Shown here piece after piece: positions 9,158 to 22,729 of a stretch of 64,000 nt of DNA. The notes under the pieces are model-generated. The model saw nothing but the letters and a program-made list of their open reading frames with translations, was not told the DNA's origin and did no database searches. The first letter of the stretch is position 1. The number at the start of each line of letters is the position of its first letter. A program made the position numbers and the translations under genes. This DNA comes from an uncultured Actinomycetota bacterium (lineage in GTDB: Bacteria > Actinomycetota > Actinomycetes > JAHEKZ01), in NCBI GenBank assembly GCA_963712425.1, contig CAVQHW010000004.1:308390-372389 (forward strand), written 5' to 3'.

Positions 9158-10243
9158 CTACCACCGCAGCAGTACGAGCTCAGCGCAGAATCCTGGGCCC
9201 ATGGCCACGAGCATGGCCCGCTGGTCACTGCCGGCCGGTATCCGTCGCAGCGTGCGTCCCAGCACATCGAGCACGGACGCCGACGAAAGGTTTCCCACTT
9301 CGCCGAGCGAGGCCCAGGTGTCTTGCGTTGCCGACTCAGGCAGGCTCAACGCGTCTTCAAGCGCAGTCAACACTTTCGGCCCACCTGAGTGAGCCACCCA
9401 GATCTCGATGTCGTCACTGCTCAGTCCATGACGCCCGAGATGGTCGGCGACAACCCCCTGCATCTCGGACTCCACGAGACGTGGAACGTCCGGCGACAAC
9501 ACCACCCGAAGGCCCGACGAACCGACGTCCCACCCCATGACTCGCTCGGTGTCTTCAAACAAGTGAGCGTGCGAACTCACGACGCTGGGCCCTGTCAGAC
9601 CCATTCGCTCAGCGCGTCTGTCTCCAACTAGGACCACTGCGGCGGCACCGTCACCGAACAGTCCGGACGCCACGATGTTCGCCATCGATGTGTCGTCATG
9701 CTGCAGCGTGAGCGAGCACAGCTCGACGCTGACCAGGATGGCAACACCGTCAGGGTCACCGCGCAACAGATCTGCCACTCGGGCAATGCCTGAGGCGCCG
9801 GCGACACAACCGAGGCCCACAAGGGGTAGCCGACGCACATTCGATCTCAACCCAAGGATCGGCACCAACCTCGCGTCGATGCTGGGGACGGCGACGCCTG
9901 TCACCGTGGTCGATGCGATCAGGTCAACGTCAGTAGCACTCAAGCCAGCAGCGTCAAGTGCATCTGCCGCTGCTCGGGCTGCCAACGGTGGAGCTTCCCG
10001 CAGAAACACATCATTCGCCTTGCCGAAGTTGTCGAGGGTCTCGTATTCGGGAAGCGACAGAACCAAGTGCCGTGCACTCACCTGCGTCGCGTCGTGCGTC
10101 CTCGCGACGACATCTGCCAGCGACCGGCCCGAGCCGCCACTCTCGTGACGACGAACAATCAACTCAGAGAACGCGGTCGTGATCTCACTCTGCGCATAGC
10201 GGTGCTCGGGAAGGGCCGTTGCGGCAGACACGATCACAGGCAC
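9158..10243 (-). CDS. Type III polyketide synthase, SrsA-like alkylresorcinol/alkylpyrone synthase
   Basis: Catalytic triad Cys (GLGCVAGA), His (HSGGPKV) and Asn (GNLSSAS), plus LFGDGAAA and MGPGF. Confidence 0.93.
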   Translation of the reverse strand: MPVIVSAATALPEHRYAQSEITTAFSELIVRRHESGGSGRSLADVVARTHDATQVSARHLVLSLPEYETLDNFGKANDVFLREAPPLAARAAADALDAAGLSATDVDLIASTTVTGVAVPSIDARLVPILGLRSNVRRLPLVGLGCVAGASGIARVADLLRGDPDGVAILVSVELCSLTLQHDDTSMANIVASGLFGDGAAAVVLVGDRRAERMGLTGPSVVSSHAHLFEDTERVMGWDVGSSGLRVVLSPDVPRLVESEMQGVVADHLGRHGLSSDDIEIWVAHSGGPKVLTALEDALSLPESATQDTWASLGEVGNLSSASVLDVLGRTLRRIPAGSDQRAMLVAMGPGFCAELVLLRW

Positions 10244-10887
10244 TACTGCATCCTGGCACCTTGGCCGCTGGTTCGCGCTCTCTCGACCAGGCAGGATTCG
10301 GGAATGGCCCGCTCTGACCAGTCACCATCTGACGGCGTGTACCTGTACTGGATCCCCCTGGGCGCCGGTAGCTCGTTCCCCGTCGTGCGCTGGTCTGGGG
10401 CGGCGTACGAATCGGTGGTCGCTTGGCGCGAGCACCGTAACCGCCACGCGCTGTTTCACGCAGCACTTGAGATCTACCAATCCGCTACTCGCTACACCCT
10501 CGAGATGACGCCGGCGTGGGGTCAGCCGCCAGGAGACCGAGGCGTTGTGACGACCGGCCCTGTGGGCCTGCGCGCACTCGGAGCATCGCGGCTCTTCCGG
10601 TACGAGGTGCGCTGTTGGCCGGACGGCGAGATTCCCGACCTCTCGTACGCAGTCGGAGGCGCTCAGTTGCTCGCTTCGCCGTCAGACACAGCAGCGGACG
10701 TCCTACGGGCCGTACGCACGGTGCCCGCTTTCACCTGGGGTCGCGATGTTCTCCGAGTGGGCGACATGTGGAACTCGAACTCAGTGGTGGCATTCGTACT
10801 GGCCACGTCGGGGGTCGACGTGGACACGCTTCACCCACCTGCAGCTGGCCGGGCACCAGGGTGGAACGCCGGGATCGTGGCAGCAGG

Positions 10888-13800
<2,913 letters not shown>

Positions 13801-13829
13801 CGGGGCCTCCAGAGCGATGAACCGGGGCT

Positions 13830-14024
13830 CCCCCTCTGTCATCTGCACCTGAGAGGTTCACAGCGTCACCCGGAGCTGCTGGGCGATCCTGCTTGCACCG
13901 TCGGTGGGGCGTGAGCCCACTTTCCAGAGGCGCCTCACCCAAGCGGTCCGGGGGCCTGAGAGTTTCTGGGGAGAATTGCTCCTTCGGCGTCCTCACTGGT
14001 GGTGAGGAACTCTTCCGCCGGGGT
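13830..14024 (-). promoter_or_regulatory. Tandem glycine riboswitch
   Basis: Minus strand aptamer 1: GGAAGAG...CGCCGAAGGAGCAA...AAACTCTCAGG. Aptamer 2: CTCTGGAAAG...CACCGACGGTGCAA...AACCTCTCAGG...GACAGAG. Directly upstream of gcvP. Confidence 0.93.
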
Positions 14025-14056
14025 TCGTCGGCTCCCTCAGTCTACGACTAACGCGC

Positions 14057-14671
14057 TCAACTGGCGCCACGAGCGCGGCGACGGGCCGCGAGTTCGTCAG
14101 CCGGGTGAGCCTCGGCGTCGGCATCAGCTTCTGGCCGTTCCCACGGCAACTCGGCGAGTGAGCCCTCGACCTCACGCCAAACGCGTCCCACCGCGATACC
14201 GAAGACTCCTTGGCCACCCTGAACGAGGTCGACCACTTCGTCGGCGCTCGTGCACTCGTAGACCGAGGCGCCATCACTCATGATCGTGATCGTCGCCAGG
14301 TCGTCGATGCCACGCTCGCTGAGATGCTGTGCGGCCGTGCGAATCTGCTGCAGCGAGACGCCGGTGTCGAGCAGTCGTTTGACGATCTTCAACACCAACA
14401 CGTCGCGGAAACTGTAAAGACGCTGGGTGCCTGACCCATGCGCGCCGCGAATGCTGGGCTCAACCAATCCGGTGCGCGCCCAGTAGTCGAGCTGGCGGTA
14501 CGTGATGCCAGCAGCAGAACATACGGTCGGGCCGCGGTAGCCAATGTCTTCTGGGAGCGCCCGCACCTCATCGGTGAAGAGCAACCCCTGCTGGCCGGCA
14601 GCCTGACGAGCAGCTTGCTGCTTTGCGACATCTTGACGACCGTCCTCAGCCGTCGGCCCGCTACCCGTCAC
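14057..14671 (-). CDS. MerR family regulator (Rv1830-like)
   Basis: GYRGPTVCSAAGITYRQLDYWARTGLVEPS, QRLYSFRD and GQGVFGIA. Syntenic position. GTG start after GGAGGAGAGG. Confidence 0.9.
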   Translation of the reverse strand: MTGSGPTAEDGRQDVAKQQAARQAAGQQGLLFTDEVRALPEDIGYRGPTVCSAAGITYRQLDYWARTGLVEPSIRGAHGSGTQRLYSFRDVLVLKIVKRLLDTGVSLQQIRTAAQHLSERGIDDLATITIMSDGASVYECTSADEVVDLVQGGQGVFGIAVGRVWREVEGSLAELPWERPEADADAEAHPADELAARRRARGAS

Positions 14672-14820
14672 TGCGACCTCTCCTCCCACCGCAGCGCCCA
14701 AGCCGGACGCGTCGGGCCGGTGGCCCGGGGAAATACACGCCTGGAGTTACCGCGGTGTGGGATGAACGCTAAGGGCAGCCCCGAGGGCGGTCAACGCACC
14801 TCGCCGTCGACACGCCGAGA

Positions 14821-14872
14821 CAAAGTCTCAGCCTAGGGTCGACCCCACTCAACCCTCAGGTGAAGGTCGAGG
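14821..14872. promoter_or_regulatory. Two FtsR/MerR-like operator palindromes
   Basis: TCAACCCT-caggtg-AAGGTCGA (14849-14870) and CAAAGTCT-cagcct-AGGGTCGA (14821-14842), upstream of the Rv1830-like gene. Confidence 0.6.
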
Positions 14873-14873
14873 C

Positions 14874-15401
14874 TTAGGACTGGTCGGGGGTACCGAAGTC
14901 CTCAGGCGAGATGCCCTCGAGAAACTCGCGGAATCGCTCGACCTCACCCTCGCTCGGCACAGCCGTTTCGCCATCGGCAAGATCGTCGGCGAGCTCGTTC
15001 TCGTCATCGTCTGGCAGGGCAATTCCTGCCTCGTCGAGCACCTCAGGGGCGGCCACCACTGGCGCATCGACCCGCAGCGCGAGCGCGATCGCGTCGGAGG
15101 GCCTGGCGCTGATGGTGCGCCCACCGTCGAAGACCAGTTCGGCAAAGAACACTCCGTCAGACAGATCGGTGATCCGCACCTCGACGAGCTCATGCCCAAG
15201 GCCGGCAACTACATCGGCCAGCAGGTCGTGGGTCAGCGGACGGGCCGGTTCGACACCCTGTTGCGCGTAGGCAATCGCCGTCGCCTCTACCGCGCCGATC
15301 CAGATCGGCAGGTAGCGCTCACCCTCACGTTCGCGAAGCAGCACGATCGGCTGGTTGGTCGGCATCTCAACTCGGACGCCCACCACGTCAACTGGCTTCA
15401 T
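14874..15401 (-). CDS. Bifunctional nuclease family protein (DUF151, Rv1829-like)
   Basis: LPIWIG..EA.AI, RPLTHDL and ARPSDAIALALR. Confidence 0.92.
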   Translation of the reverse strand: MKPVDVVGVRVEMPTNQPIVLLREREGERYLPIWIGAVEATAIAYAQQGVEPARPLTHDLLADVVAGLGHELVEVRITDLSDGVFFAELVFDGGRTISARPSDAIALALRVDAPVVAAPEVLDEAGIALPDDDENELADDLADGETAVPSEGEVERFREFLEGISPEDFGTPDQS

Positions 15402-15444
15402 GGTCGCAGCCTACCCCCGCAAGCGGGGCCCTGGCCGGTTCTAC

Positions 15445-16206
15445 TCAGGTGCGCAGATCAGGGCCGAGCTGTGCCTTCACCAGGGCTGCATGCAAGCGAA
15501 CGCTCAGCGCCGCCAACGACCGCGTCGCCTCTTCTGCACGACCGCGAGCGTCAGCCCCACGCCCTCGCAGCAGCGGCGTGACTACCTGCTCGATCAGCCC
15601 AGCCTCGCGGTCGGCCGCGGCCTTGAACGAACGTAGGTGACGGGGTTCGATGCCGTACGCGGCCAACTCACCGGCCGCCTTGGCGACGACGACGGCGTCG
15701 CCGTTGAACTCCTTGTTGCCAGACCGCCCCGCGATCAAGCCAAAACTGAGCAGCGCCTCGAAGAGGTTGGCGTCGATCTCGGCTGCCTCCATCAACTCAG
15801 CCTTCGAGAGGCGAAGGTCAGCGCCGTCGCGAGCGAACTCATCGGTTTCTGGGTACTCGCTGCCGCGGACCACAGACACTGGTACGCGCGGAGTTGCTCC
15901 CGGTGCCGCCGGCGGCTCGAGGCCACGGTCCATCGCTTCGAGGTGCTCACGAATCACCTTGAGCGGCAGGTACTGATCGCGCTGCGCGCTGAGGATGTAG
16001 CGAAGGCGCTGTACGTCGTCTGGAGTGAACTTGCGATAGCCGGACGCCGTGCGCTGCGGCTCGATGAGTCCCTCAGATTCGAGGAACCGGATCTTCGAGA
16101 TCGTCACGTCCGAGAAGTCTGCACGCAGCTTGCCGAGAACTTCGCCGATGCTCATGTAGGCACTGCTCGATGCGCCACTTCGCTGCTGGCGTGCGGCCGG
16201 GCTCAT
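15445..16206 (-). CDS. ftsR: MerR family regulator FtsR (Rv1828-like)
   Basis: MSIGEVL...F.DVTISKIRFLESEGL..PQRTASGYRKF, LPLKVIREHL and GIEPRHLR. Lies between the FHA and DUF151 genes. Confidence 0.85.
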   Translation of the reverse strand: MSPAARQQRSGASSSAYMSIGEVLGKLRADFSDVTISKIRFLESEGLIEPQRTASGYRKFTPDDVQRLRYILSAQRDQYLPLKVIREHLEAMDRGLEPPAAPGATPRVPVSVVRGSEYPETDEFARDGADLRLSKAELMEAAEIDANLFEALLSFGLIAGRSGNKEFNGDAVVVAKAAGELAAYGIEPRHLRSFKAAADREAGLIEQVVTPLLRGRGADARGRAEEATRSLAALSVRLHAALVKAQLGPDLRT

Positions 16207-16753
16207 GCGTCGGCCCCTGATTGCTCGCCTGCCTGGTCTCCCCCAGATAGGTACAGCAGGCGGTACTTGCCGATCTGCACTTCGTCACCGCTGACCAATA
16301 TGGCGTCGTCGATGCGGCTGCGGTTGACGTACGTGCCATTGAGGCTCCCCATGTCACGCAGTCGAAAACTAGAACCTTCGCGGCTGAACTCGACGTGATG
16401 GCGCGACACCGTGATGTCGTCGAGAAAGATGTCGCTGTCTGGGTGGCGTCCAGCCGTCGTTACGTCGGCATCGAGCAAGAACCGCGCTCCGGACGCTGGC
16501 CCTCGGCGAACCACGAGCAGTGCCGTCCCTGCGTTCAACTGCTCGATGACTGCCTGATGGGGAGCGCCCTCTACTGGTTCGACCTCAGCCGCGTCCGCGT
16601 CGGCCCCGTCGCCTCCGAGGTTCAGCATCGACGTCGACTCGACCGCGGTTTCGGCGCTTCTCGAGCGATCCGGCTGCAGACTGCGGCCGCACGCGGCGCA
16701 GAACCGGGCACCGTGTCAGGGGTGTCGTGTCCGCAGTGGGGACAGACCGGCAT
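16203..16753 (-). CDS. garA: FHA domain protein GarA/OdhI-like with N-terminal zinc ribbon (frameshift near 16715)
   Basis: FHA core GRHPDSDIFLDDITVSRHH...GSLNGTYVN. The upstream frame gives MPVCPHCGH, which joins GARFCAACG...VESTS (resembling the GarA ETTS phosphosite). Confidence 0.85.
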
Positions 16754-16841
16754 GACGCCTCCAGGCGAGTAAACGTAAGGCTCGAGTGACAACCTCACGA
16801 CCCAGCCTAAGGACCGAGGCGACGTGCCGCGTCACCACGGT

Positions 16842-16865
16842 CAAAGGTTCAGGTGAAGGTTGAGG
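16842..16865. promoter_or_regulatory. FtsR/MerR-like operator upstream of garA-ftsR
   Basis: CAAAGGTT-caggtg-AAGGTTGA. Shares TCAGGTGAAGGTYGAGG (16/17) with the site at 14856-14872. Confidence 0.6.
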
Positions 16866-16920
16866 GTCTCGAACCTAAGGCTTCAGTGCTGGACGGTCAA
16901 CCGCCGCGACGCCCTGATCG

Positions 16921-17304
16921 TCAGGCGGACGCCACGTGCGCGGCATAGCCCGCGGAATCGATCAGGGTGTCGATCTGGCTCGCGTCCGCGAGCTCGACCT
17001 GCACCATCCATCCTTCGCCGTAGGGGTCGGCATTGACCACCTCGGGGGTGGCTCCGAGCCCCTCGTTACACGCCGACACCGTTCCGGTGACAGGGGCGTA
17101 AAGGTCGCTGACGCTCTTGGTCGACTCAACCTCGCCGCAGGCATCGCCAGCGGCTATCGAGGCACCGACCTGGGGCAACGACACGTACACGATGTCGCCG
17201 AGGGCATCCTGGGCGTAGTCGGTGATTCCGAACCGGACGGTGGTCTCTGAGATCACTCGAACCCACTCGTGATCGGTCGTGTACTTCAGGTCCTCCGGGT
17301 ACAC
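16921..17304 (-). CDS. gcvH: Glycine cleavage system H protein
   Basis: LKYTTDHEWV, GITDYAQDALGDIVYV, lipoyl-lysine motif VESTKSVSD, NADPYGEGW. Confidence 0.96.
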   Translation of the reverse strand: MYPEDLKYTTDHEWVRVISETTVRFGITDYAQDALGDIVYVSLPQVGASIAAGDACGEVESTKSVSDLYAPVTGTVSACNEGLGATPEVVNADPYGEGWMVQVELADASQIDTLIDSAGYAAHVASA

Positions 17305-17391
17305 CGGTGCCTCCGTTGGTAGCCCTGATCGGTCGCCGGGTCGAGCCTAGTCTGTGTCACGCCTGATCACTGGGTGGGACTCACTGGCTCA

Positions 17392-18103
17392 CTACTCGGC
17401 CGCGGGGATCTGTAGGGATTCCCGGCTCGTCACGATTCCGTTCGCGCCAGCCTCGCGCACGCTTTCGAGAACGCCGCCCGGAAAGGACAGGCCAGTGGCC
17501 AGGGTGTCCGGCGGCCCGATCGCCTCGATCACGTAGGGCGACCGCACGACGGTGTCCCCCACGACGATGCCATCGGCGGAGTCAACGATCGCGGTGGTGA
17601 CGACGATCCGTTCCCCATCAACTGCGATCGCTTCGGCACCGGCGTCTCGCAGCTCTTGCACCGCGTCCAGTAGGTCGGACGCCTGCAGCACACCGTCTCG
17701 ATCTGTGATCGTCAGGATCACGCCTGGACCGGTCACTGCCGTCGAGCCGGCCAGGATCCGCAGCGTTTCGACCCGCTCTCTGGTGGCTTCTCCGTGCGGC
17801 CTGCGCCTGATCGGCGCCGGACTCGAGGTCAGACAGAGTGGCACGCAGTCGCACCTCCTCCGCGCTCAGCCGTTCGCGCTGCGCGGAGAGGTCGTCGAGG
17901 ATGCGGACCAAGTCTGAGGTGCGGGCCGCCGCTAACGCGTCCTCCTGGGTAACCCGCACCTGTGCCGCGACTCCGAAGCCCAGACAGAGCAAGAGCACCG
18001 CGGCGATCCACTGGCCCCGCGAGGGTCGCCGCGTCAGCGCCGCGCGAACGGCGGCCCATCCGGTGGGTCGCGACGCTTCTGGTTGAGACTCGGGCTGGCT
18101 CAT
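17392..18103 (-). CDS. DUF881 family protein (frameshift near 17795)
   Basis: N-terminal TM helix and coiled coil in one frame. V.GPGV.LTITD, ELRDAGAEAIAVDGERI and PYVIEAIG in the other. Confidence 0.85.
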
Positions 18104-18105
18104 GC

Positions 18106-18438
18106 TCAGGCGTGAAAGAGCTGTCGACGGATGGCGGCTGCGTTGGCGAAGATGCGGATAGAGAACACGACAACGACGCCGGTCGACAGCTGGGCACCCA
18201 CGCCGAGCTGGTCGCCAAGGAACACCACGAGGGCCGCCACGAACACGTTGCCGATGAACGAGATCACGAAGACTCGATCATTGAACACCCCTTCGAGCAG
18301 GGCTCGGCTCGCGCCGAAGACCGCGTCCAGAGCCGCCACCACGGCAATCGGCAGATATGGCAGCAGGCCAGCAGGGACGGTGGGCTGCAGGATCAACCCC
18401 AAGGCCACCCCCAGAATCAACGCCAACAGTGCGATCAC
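18106..18438 (-). CDS. Small basic protein (DUF1290/Sbp)
   Basis: YLPIAVVAALDAVFG, FVISFIGN, GDQLGV and RIFAN.AAIRR. Sits between two DUF881 genes. Confidence 0.9.
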   Translation of the reverse strand: MIALLALILGVALGLILQPTVPAGLLPYLPIAVVAALDAVFGASRALLEGVFNDRVFVISFIGNVFVAALVVFLGDQLGVGAQLSTGVVVVFSIRIFANAAAIRRQLFHA

Positions 18439-19271
18439 TTGGCCCCGCCCTCCTCGGCATAACGCACGCTGAGATCTGCCCGGCCGGGTACCGAGATCTC
18501 CTCTTGCGAACTGACGTCGACGCCGATGCCGTACGCGGCTTCGAGGCCGGCGAGCTCGGTGCGAGCAACGCTGCTCTCAAAGGTGTCGGGCAACGAGTCG
18601 GGCCCAACTGCTGACACTTCGTATGGCGGCGTCAATGGTCGAAACCCCACCAGCACGGCCTCACCAGCTGATCGGATCGGCGACAGCACGGTGACGCGTT
18701 GCCCGTTGACCGAGACTGCCTCAGCGCCCGACGCGAAGAGGCCGTTGACGACCAGCTGAATGTCAGTGTCGAGAACGCGCGCGAGGTCTGGCCCACCATC
18801 ACCAGCAGGCGTGGGTGGCCCGTCCTGCAGCGTGATGATGACGCCTGGGCCTGTGACAGTCGCTCCCCCGACGGATGCCTCCAGTTGCTCGGCTTGCGCA
18901 GCGAGTTCTTGATCCGCATCGGTGCCTGCGAGGCCGTCGGTTCGCACTTGCTCGACCTCGGTGGCGAGCCCATCAATCTGGTTCTCAAGGTTCGTGAGGG
19001 AGTTGGTGGCGTCCTGAACCCTCTCCGTGAGGTCTGCGCGGGTTGAGCCGTCTGACGGCGCTCCGGCGCGTACCTGAAGGATCGCGGCGACCACGAGGAA
19101 GGAGAGCAAGCCGACGAGCACAGCGATCGCTACGGAATGTCGGACGCCCTTCGCTGGCTCGGCCGCGGACTCCGCTGCACGACGGTAACCGGGATCCATC
19201 GCGTCATCGACCAAGCGCTGCAGCAACGACAACGAGGCATCGGCGCCCTTGACTGGAGTTGGCGCGCTCAT
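18435..19271 (-). CDS. DUF881 family protein
   Basis: DPGY, TM helix, VTGPGVIITLQD, VLDTDIQLVVNGLFASGAEAVSVNGQR. ATG at 19271 overlaps the pgsA2 stop. Confidence 0.88.
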   Translation of the reverse strand: MSAPTPVKGADASLSLLQRLVDDAMDPGYRRAAESAAEPAKGVRHSVAIAVLVGLLSFLVVAAILQVRAGAPSDGSTRADLTERVQDATNSLTNLENQIDGLATEVEQVRTDGLAGTDADQELAAQAEQLEASVGGATVTGPGVIITLQDGPPTPAGDGGPDLARVLDTDIQLVVNGLFASGAEAVSVNGQRVTVLSPIRSAGEAVLVGFRPLTPPYEVSAVGPDSLPDTFESSVARTELAGLEAAYGIGVDVSSQEEISVPGRADLSVRYAEEGGAK

Positions 19272-19867
19272 GCAGCGACATCCAGACGTCGACCCTGAAG
19301 TACTGCGGAGGCCTGCTCGGCGTACAGGATCGCCGACCACCAGTAGATGCCCGTGCCCCAGATGATGAACGCCCAGGCCAATGGTGTGGCGATGTCTGAC
19401 ACCACGCCATCACCAGTGGTCAGGAAGAGGGTCGGCATGCCGTACAGCAGGCACAAGGTGGCGGCCTTGCCGACGTAGTGGACCGGTAACGGTGGTACTC
19501 CCCTCCTGTTCACCACGAGCTGGATCACGCCCATGACGACGTCACGCAAGACGAGAATGGCCACAAGCCACCAAGGCACGATATCTCTGACGGCAAGGAC
19601 GAGGATCGTGCTGATGATGAAGAGTCGGTCTGCCATCGGGTCAAGAATCTGACCAACGCGGCTCATCATGTTGAACCGTCGTGCGATGACGCCGTCGAGC
19701 CAGTCCGTGAGAGAGCTGATCGTAAGGATCGCGAAGGCCCATCCGTCGGCCTCTGGCACCAGCGCTACCCAGATGAAGACGGGTATGAGGACCAACCGCG
19801 CCATCGACAAGACGTTGGGAATGGTCAGCACGTCTGACGAGACGTGCTCGTCCGGTTGATCAGGCAC
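19268..19867 (-). CDS. CDP-alcohol phosphatidyltransferase (PgsA2/cardiolipin synthase-like)
   Basis: TIPNVLSMARL and the signature TDWLDGVIARR...SRVGQILDPMADR. Confidence 0.92.
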   Translation of the reverse strand: MPDQPDEHVSSDVLTIPNVLSMARLVLIPVFIWVALVPEADGWAFAILTISSLTDWLDGVIARRFNMMSRVGQILDPMADRLFIISTILVLAVRDIVPWWLVAILVLRDVVMGVIQLVVNRRGVPPLPVHYVGKAATLCLLYGMPTLFLTTGDGVVSDIATPLAWAFIIWGTGIYWWSAILYAEQASAVLQGRRLDVAA

Positions 19868-19910
19868 GCCTACCCCCTACCTGCCCCTGGAGCGCCTTCG
19901 GCTCCTGTCG

Positions 19911-20669
19911 CTAGAGGACAGCCTGCAGGAAGCGGCGCGTCTCGTCATTCTTGGTGTGGTTGAACAGCTCGTCAGGGGTTCCCTGCTCAAGGATGTTCCC
20001 CTCGTGAAAGAAGCACATACGATGAGCGACTTCGCGGGCGAACCCCATCTCGTGCGTGACGACGATCATGGTCATGTGCTGCTCGGCCAGCTTGCGCATG
20101 ACCTCCAGCACATCGCCGATGAGCTCGGGGTCGAGCGCTGATGTCGGCTCATCGAAGAGCATGACGTCCGGTTCCATGGCCAGTGCCCGCGCGATGGCGA
20201 CCCGCTGCTGCTGACCGCCCGAGAGGCGAATCGGGTACTCGTCTGCCTTCTCACCGAGGCCCACGCTGTCGAGCAGGGCTAGGCCCTTTGTCCGTGCTTC
20301 CTTGGAGGATTCGCCCTTGACGCGCACCGGGGCTTCGATCACGTTCTCGATGACTGTCATGTGCGGAAAGAGATTGAACTGCTGGAAGACCATGCCGGCC
20401 TTGATTCTCAGCTGACGGATGCGTTCGCGTTGATTTCGGGTGCGATGCCCGCCCTCTAGCCGAATCCCACTGACCTCGATCGTCCCGGCCGTCGGGTCCT
20501 CGAGGAAGTTGATGCACCGCAGCAGCGTGCTCTTGCCGCTGCCGGATCGGCCCATCACGACGACCACCTCGCCGCGGTCGACCTCGAAGTCGACGCCCTT
20601 GAGCACCTCGAGCCCACCGAACCGCTTGTGTAGGCCCTCGACTTTGACGACTGCTTCTGTTGCCATCAT
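19911..20669 (-). CDS. Polar amino acid ABC transporter ATP-binding protein
   Basis: Walker [45 protein letters not shown] and VTHEM. Confidence 0.95.
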   Translation of the reverse strand: MMATEAVVKVEGLHKRFGGLEVLKGVDFEVDRGEVVVVMGRSGSGKSTLLRCINFLEDPTAGTIEVSGIRLEGGHRTRNQRERIRQLRIKAGMVFQQFNLFPHMTVIENVIEAPVRVKGESSKEARTKGLALLDSVGLGEKADEYPIRLSGGQQQRVAIARALAMEPDVMLFDEPTSALDPELIGDVLEVMRKLAEQHMTMIVVTHEMGFAREVAHRMCFFHEGNILEQGTPDELFNHTKNDETRRFLQAVL

Positions 20670-21629
20670 CAGTCCCCTAACCCCCCGAACCGTGCGGGCG
20701 CCCACTGGAACCGAGCGCCGATGTGGAGACGCCGGGTTGGGTCGCCCCCACCGCCGCCGAACCAACGGTTCTTGCGCTCGACTGGCACGGAGCGGTCGTA
20801 GCCCTTACCAAGTCGACGCTCAAGCCTGGCCTGGAAGAAGGTGAGGATTCCGGTGAGGATCCAATAGATCATTGCGGCAAGCAGCAGCGCCTCAAGTTGC
20901 TTGAAGTCCGCTTTGCCGACCAACTGCGCCCGTCGGAAGACCTCTGCGTTCTCGATCGTGACGCCGAGAAAGCTGACCAAGGCGGTGTCCTTGATCATCG
21001 CGATGAACTCGTTGCCAGTCGGAGGGATGATCACTCGGATGGCCTGAGGCAGGATCACCCGCCGCATGCGCAGCCGGAAGCTCATACCCAGCGCCTCGGC
21101 AGCCTCGGTCTGACCGCCGCTGACCGATTGGATACCGGCGCGGAAGATCTCGGTCATGTAGGCGCCGTAGTTCAAGCCAAGGCCGATGATTCCAGCTTGG
21201 AACACGGTCAGTGTGAGGATGTCCGTCAGTTCTGGGTTCTCGAGTCCGATACCAATCTGCGGCAAGGCCAGGTAGATCAAGAACAGCTGAACGATCAGCG
21301 GTGTCCCGCGAAAGAACGACGTATAGAAGCCGGACAGCCCGTAGAAGACCGGGTTCTTCGACAACCGTCCGAGTGACCCAATGAGCGCCATGATGCACGC
21401 CAGGACGATCGCGCCGATGGACAGGAAGACGGTCCAGATAATGCCCTTGGAGACGAACTTCGCCTTACCGCGAATCCACTCGATATCAAATCCAGCAGCG
21501 AGGAACAGCCACGCAATCAGCGCTGTGATGACATAGGTAGACGACCGCCAACTTAAGCCGGAACGGCACCCTCGCACTCGCGAGCGAAAGTCGCTCCATG
21601 ACGCCCAACGGGGCATCGTGATCGGTCAT
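20669..21629 (-). CDS. Polar amino acid ABC transporter permease (probable frameshift near 21535)
   Basis: [31 protein letters not shown] and ILPQAIR. Likely true start MTDHDAPLG at 21629 is in another frame. Confidence 0.88.
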
Positions 21630-21640
21630 TGGGCGACCGA

Positions 21641-22563
21641 TCACTCACTGTTGGAAACGGTCAGGTCCTCTCCGTACCACTGCATCGACATGTCAGAGAG
21701 CGTGCCGTCGTCGTGCATCTCCTCGATGATCTCTCCCACAGCATCGGCCAGAGGCACGCTGTCAGCGGAAGCCTGCTTGTCGAAGGCCGCAGCCAACGGC
21801 TCGTAGAAGAGGGGGTCGCCCACGATCTTGATCGGCTTGCCCTTGTCAATGGCTCCCTGCAGGGTCGGCGTCGCTGACATCGCCGCGTCCAACCGCGCAC
21901 CGTCACCGAGAGTCAGGTCTTGGATCGCGGTGGAGTCTGTGTCGTAGCCCTTAACGGTCGCGTCGTCGATGACGAAGTCGAACGAGTACTCGGGGATGTT
22001 CAGCGTTCCGTTGACGAAGGCCTCATACGTGCAGCCGCTGCAGACGCCAATCGTTTTGCCGTCGAGGTCTGTCTCGGTGTCGACGATCGTGGTGTTGTCC
22101 GCGTGAACCGCTACTGATGCCGGCGTGAAGTAGTAGGCAGGCGTGAAGTTGAGCACCTCAGCACGCTCTTCGGTGACGGTCATGGAGCCGACCGACATGT
22201 CCCAGCGGTCGTTCCAGCCACCGGACGTGATGATGTCCCAGCTGGGCTCCTCCCACGCGATGTCGACACCGAGCCGGTTGGCGATCTCGGTCGCGACGTC
22301 GATGTCGAAGCCCTCGTACTCACCGGTTTCAGGAACAAGCGACGACTGCGGTGGGTAAGCCGGGTCGGTCGAGACTGTGATGGTCCCCTCGTTGCAGACC
22401 TCGGCCAGCAGGTCGTCACCTGAGGTATCTGCGGACTCGCAGGTGGTGCCGGAGGCCGCCGGCGCGTGTCAGTGTCGCCGCCATCGTCGTCACCGCAGGC
22501 GGCGAGTCCGAGGGTGGCCACAGCGATAAGGGCTACGGCAGAGAAGGTGCGACGGTATGACAC
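21641..22563 (-). CDS. Amino acid ABC transporter substrate-binding lipoprotein (frameshift near 22465)
   Basis: Lipobox LGLAAC after GTG at 22563. A shifted frame continues DLLAEVCNEGTITVSTDPAYPPQS...GFDIDVA...SMTVTEER...PAYY. Confidence 0.88.
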
Positions 22564-22729
22564 AGGTGCCTCCGAGAGAAACGTTCGACCACACTGGCTG
22601 ACCGGCACGCTACCTGTCACCAGCCCAGGGTCAAGACCAACTGAGCCCCATGTCGGTCACGGTTTGGGCACTAGGGGCCGCGGCCCTGCCCGGAATGCCG
22701 AGTTGCCACTTGCCAGATAGCGTCCAGTA

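Noticed and set aside
13801-13848. Longer gcvP N-terminus from the ORF track (start 13848)
   Set aside because: It begins inside the second glycine aptamer. TTG at 13800 has a GGAGG RBS.
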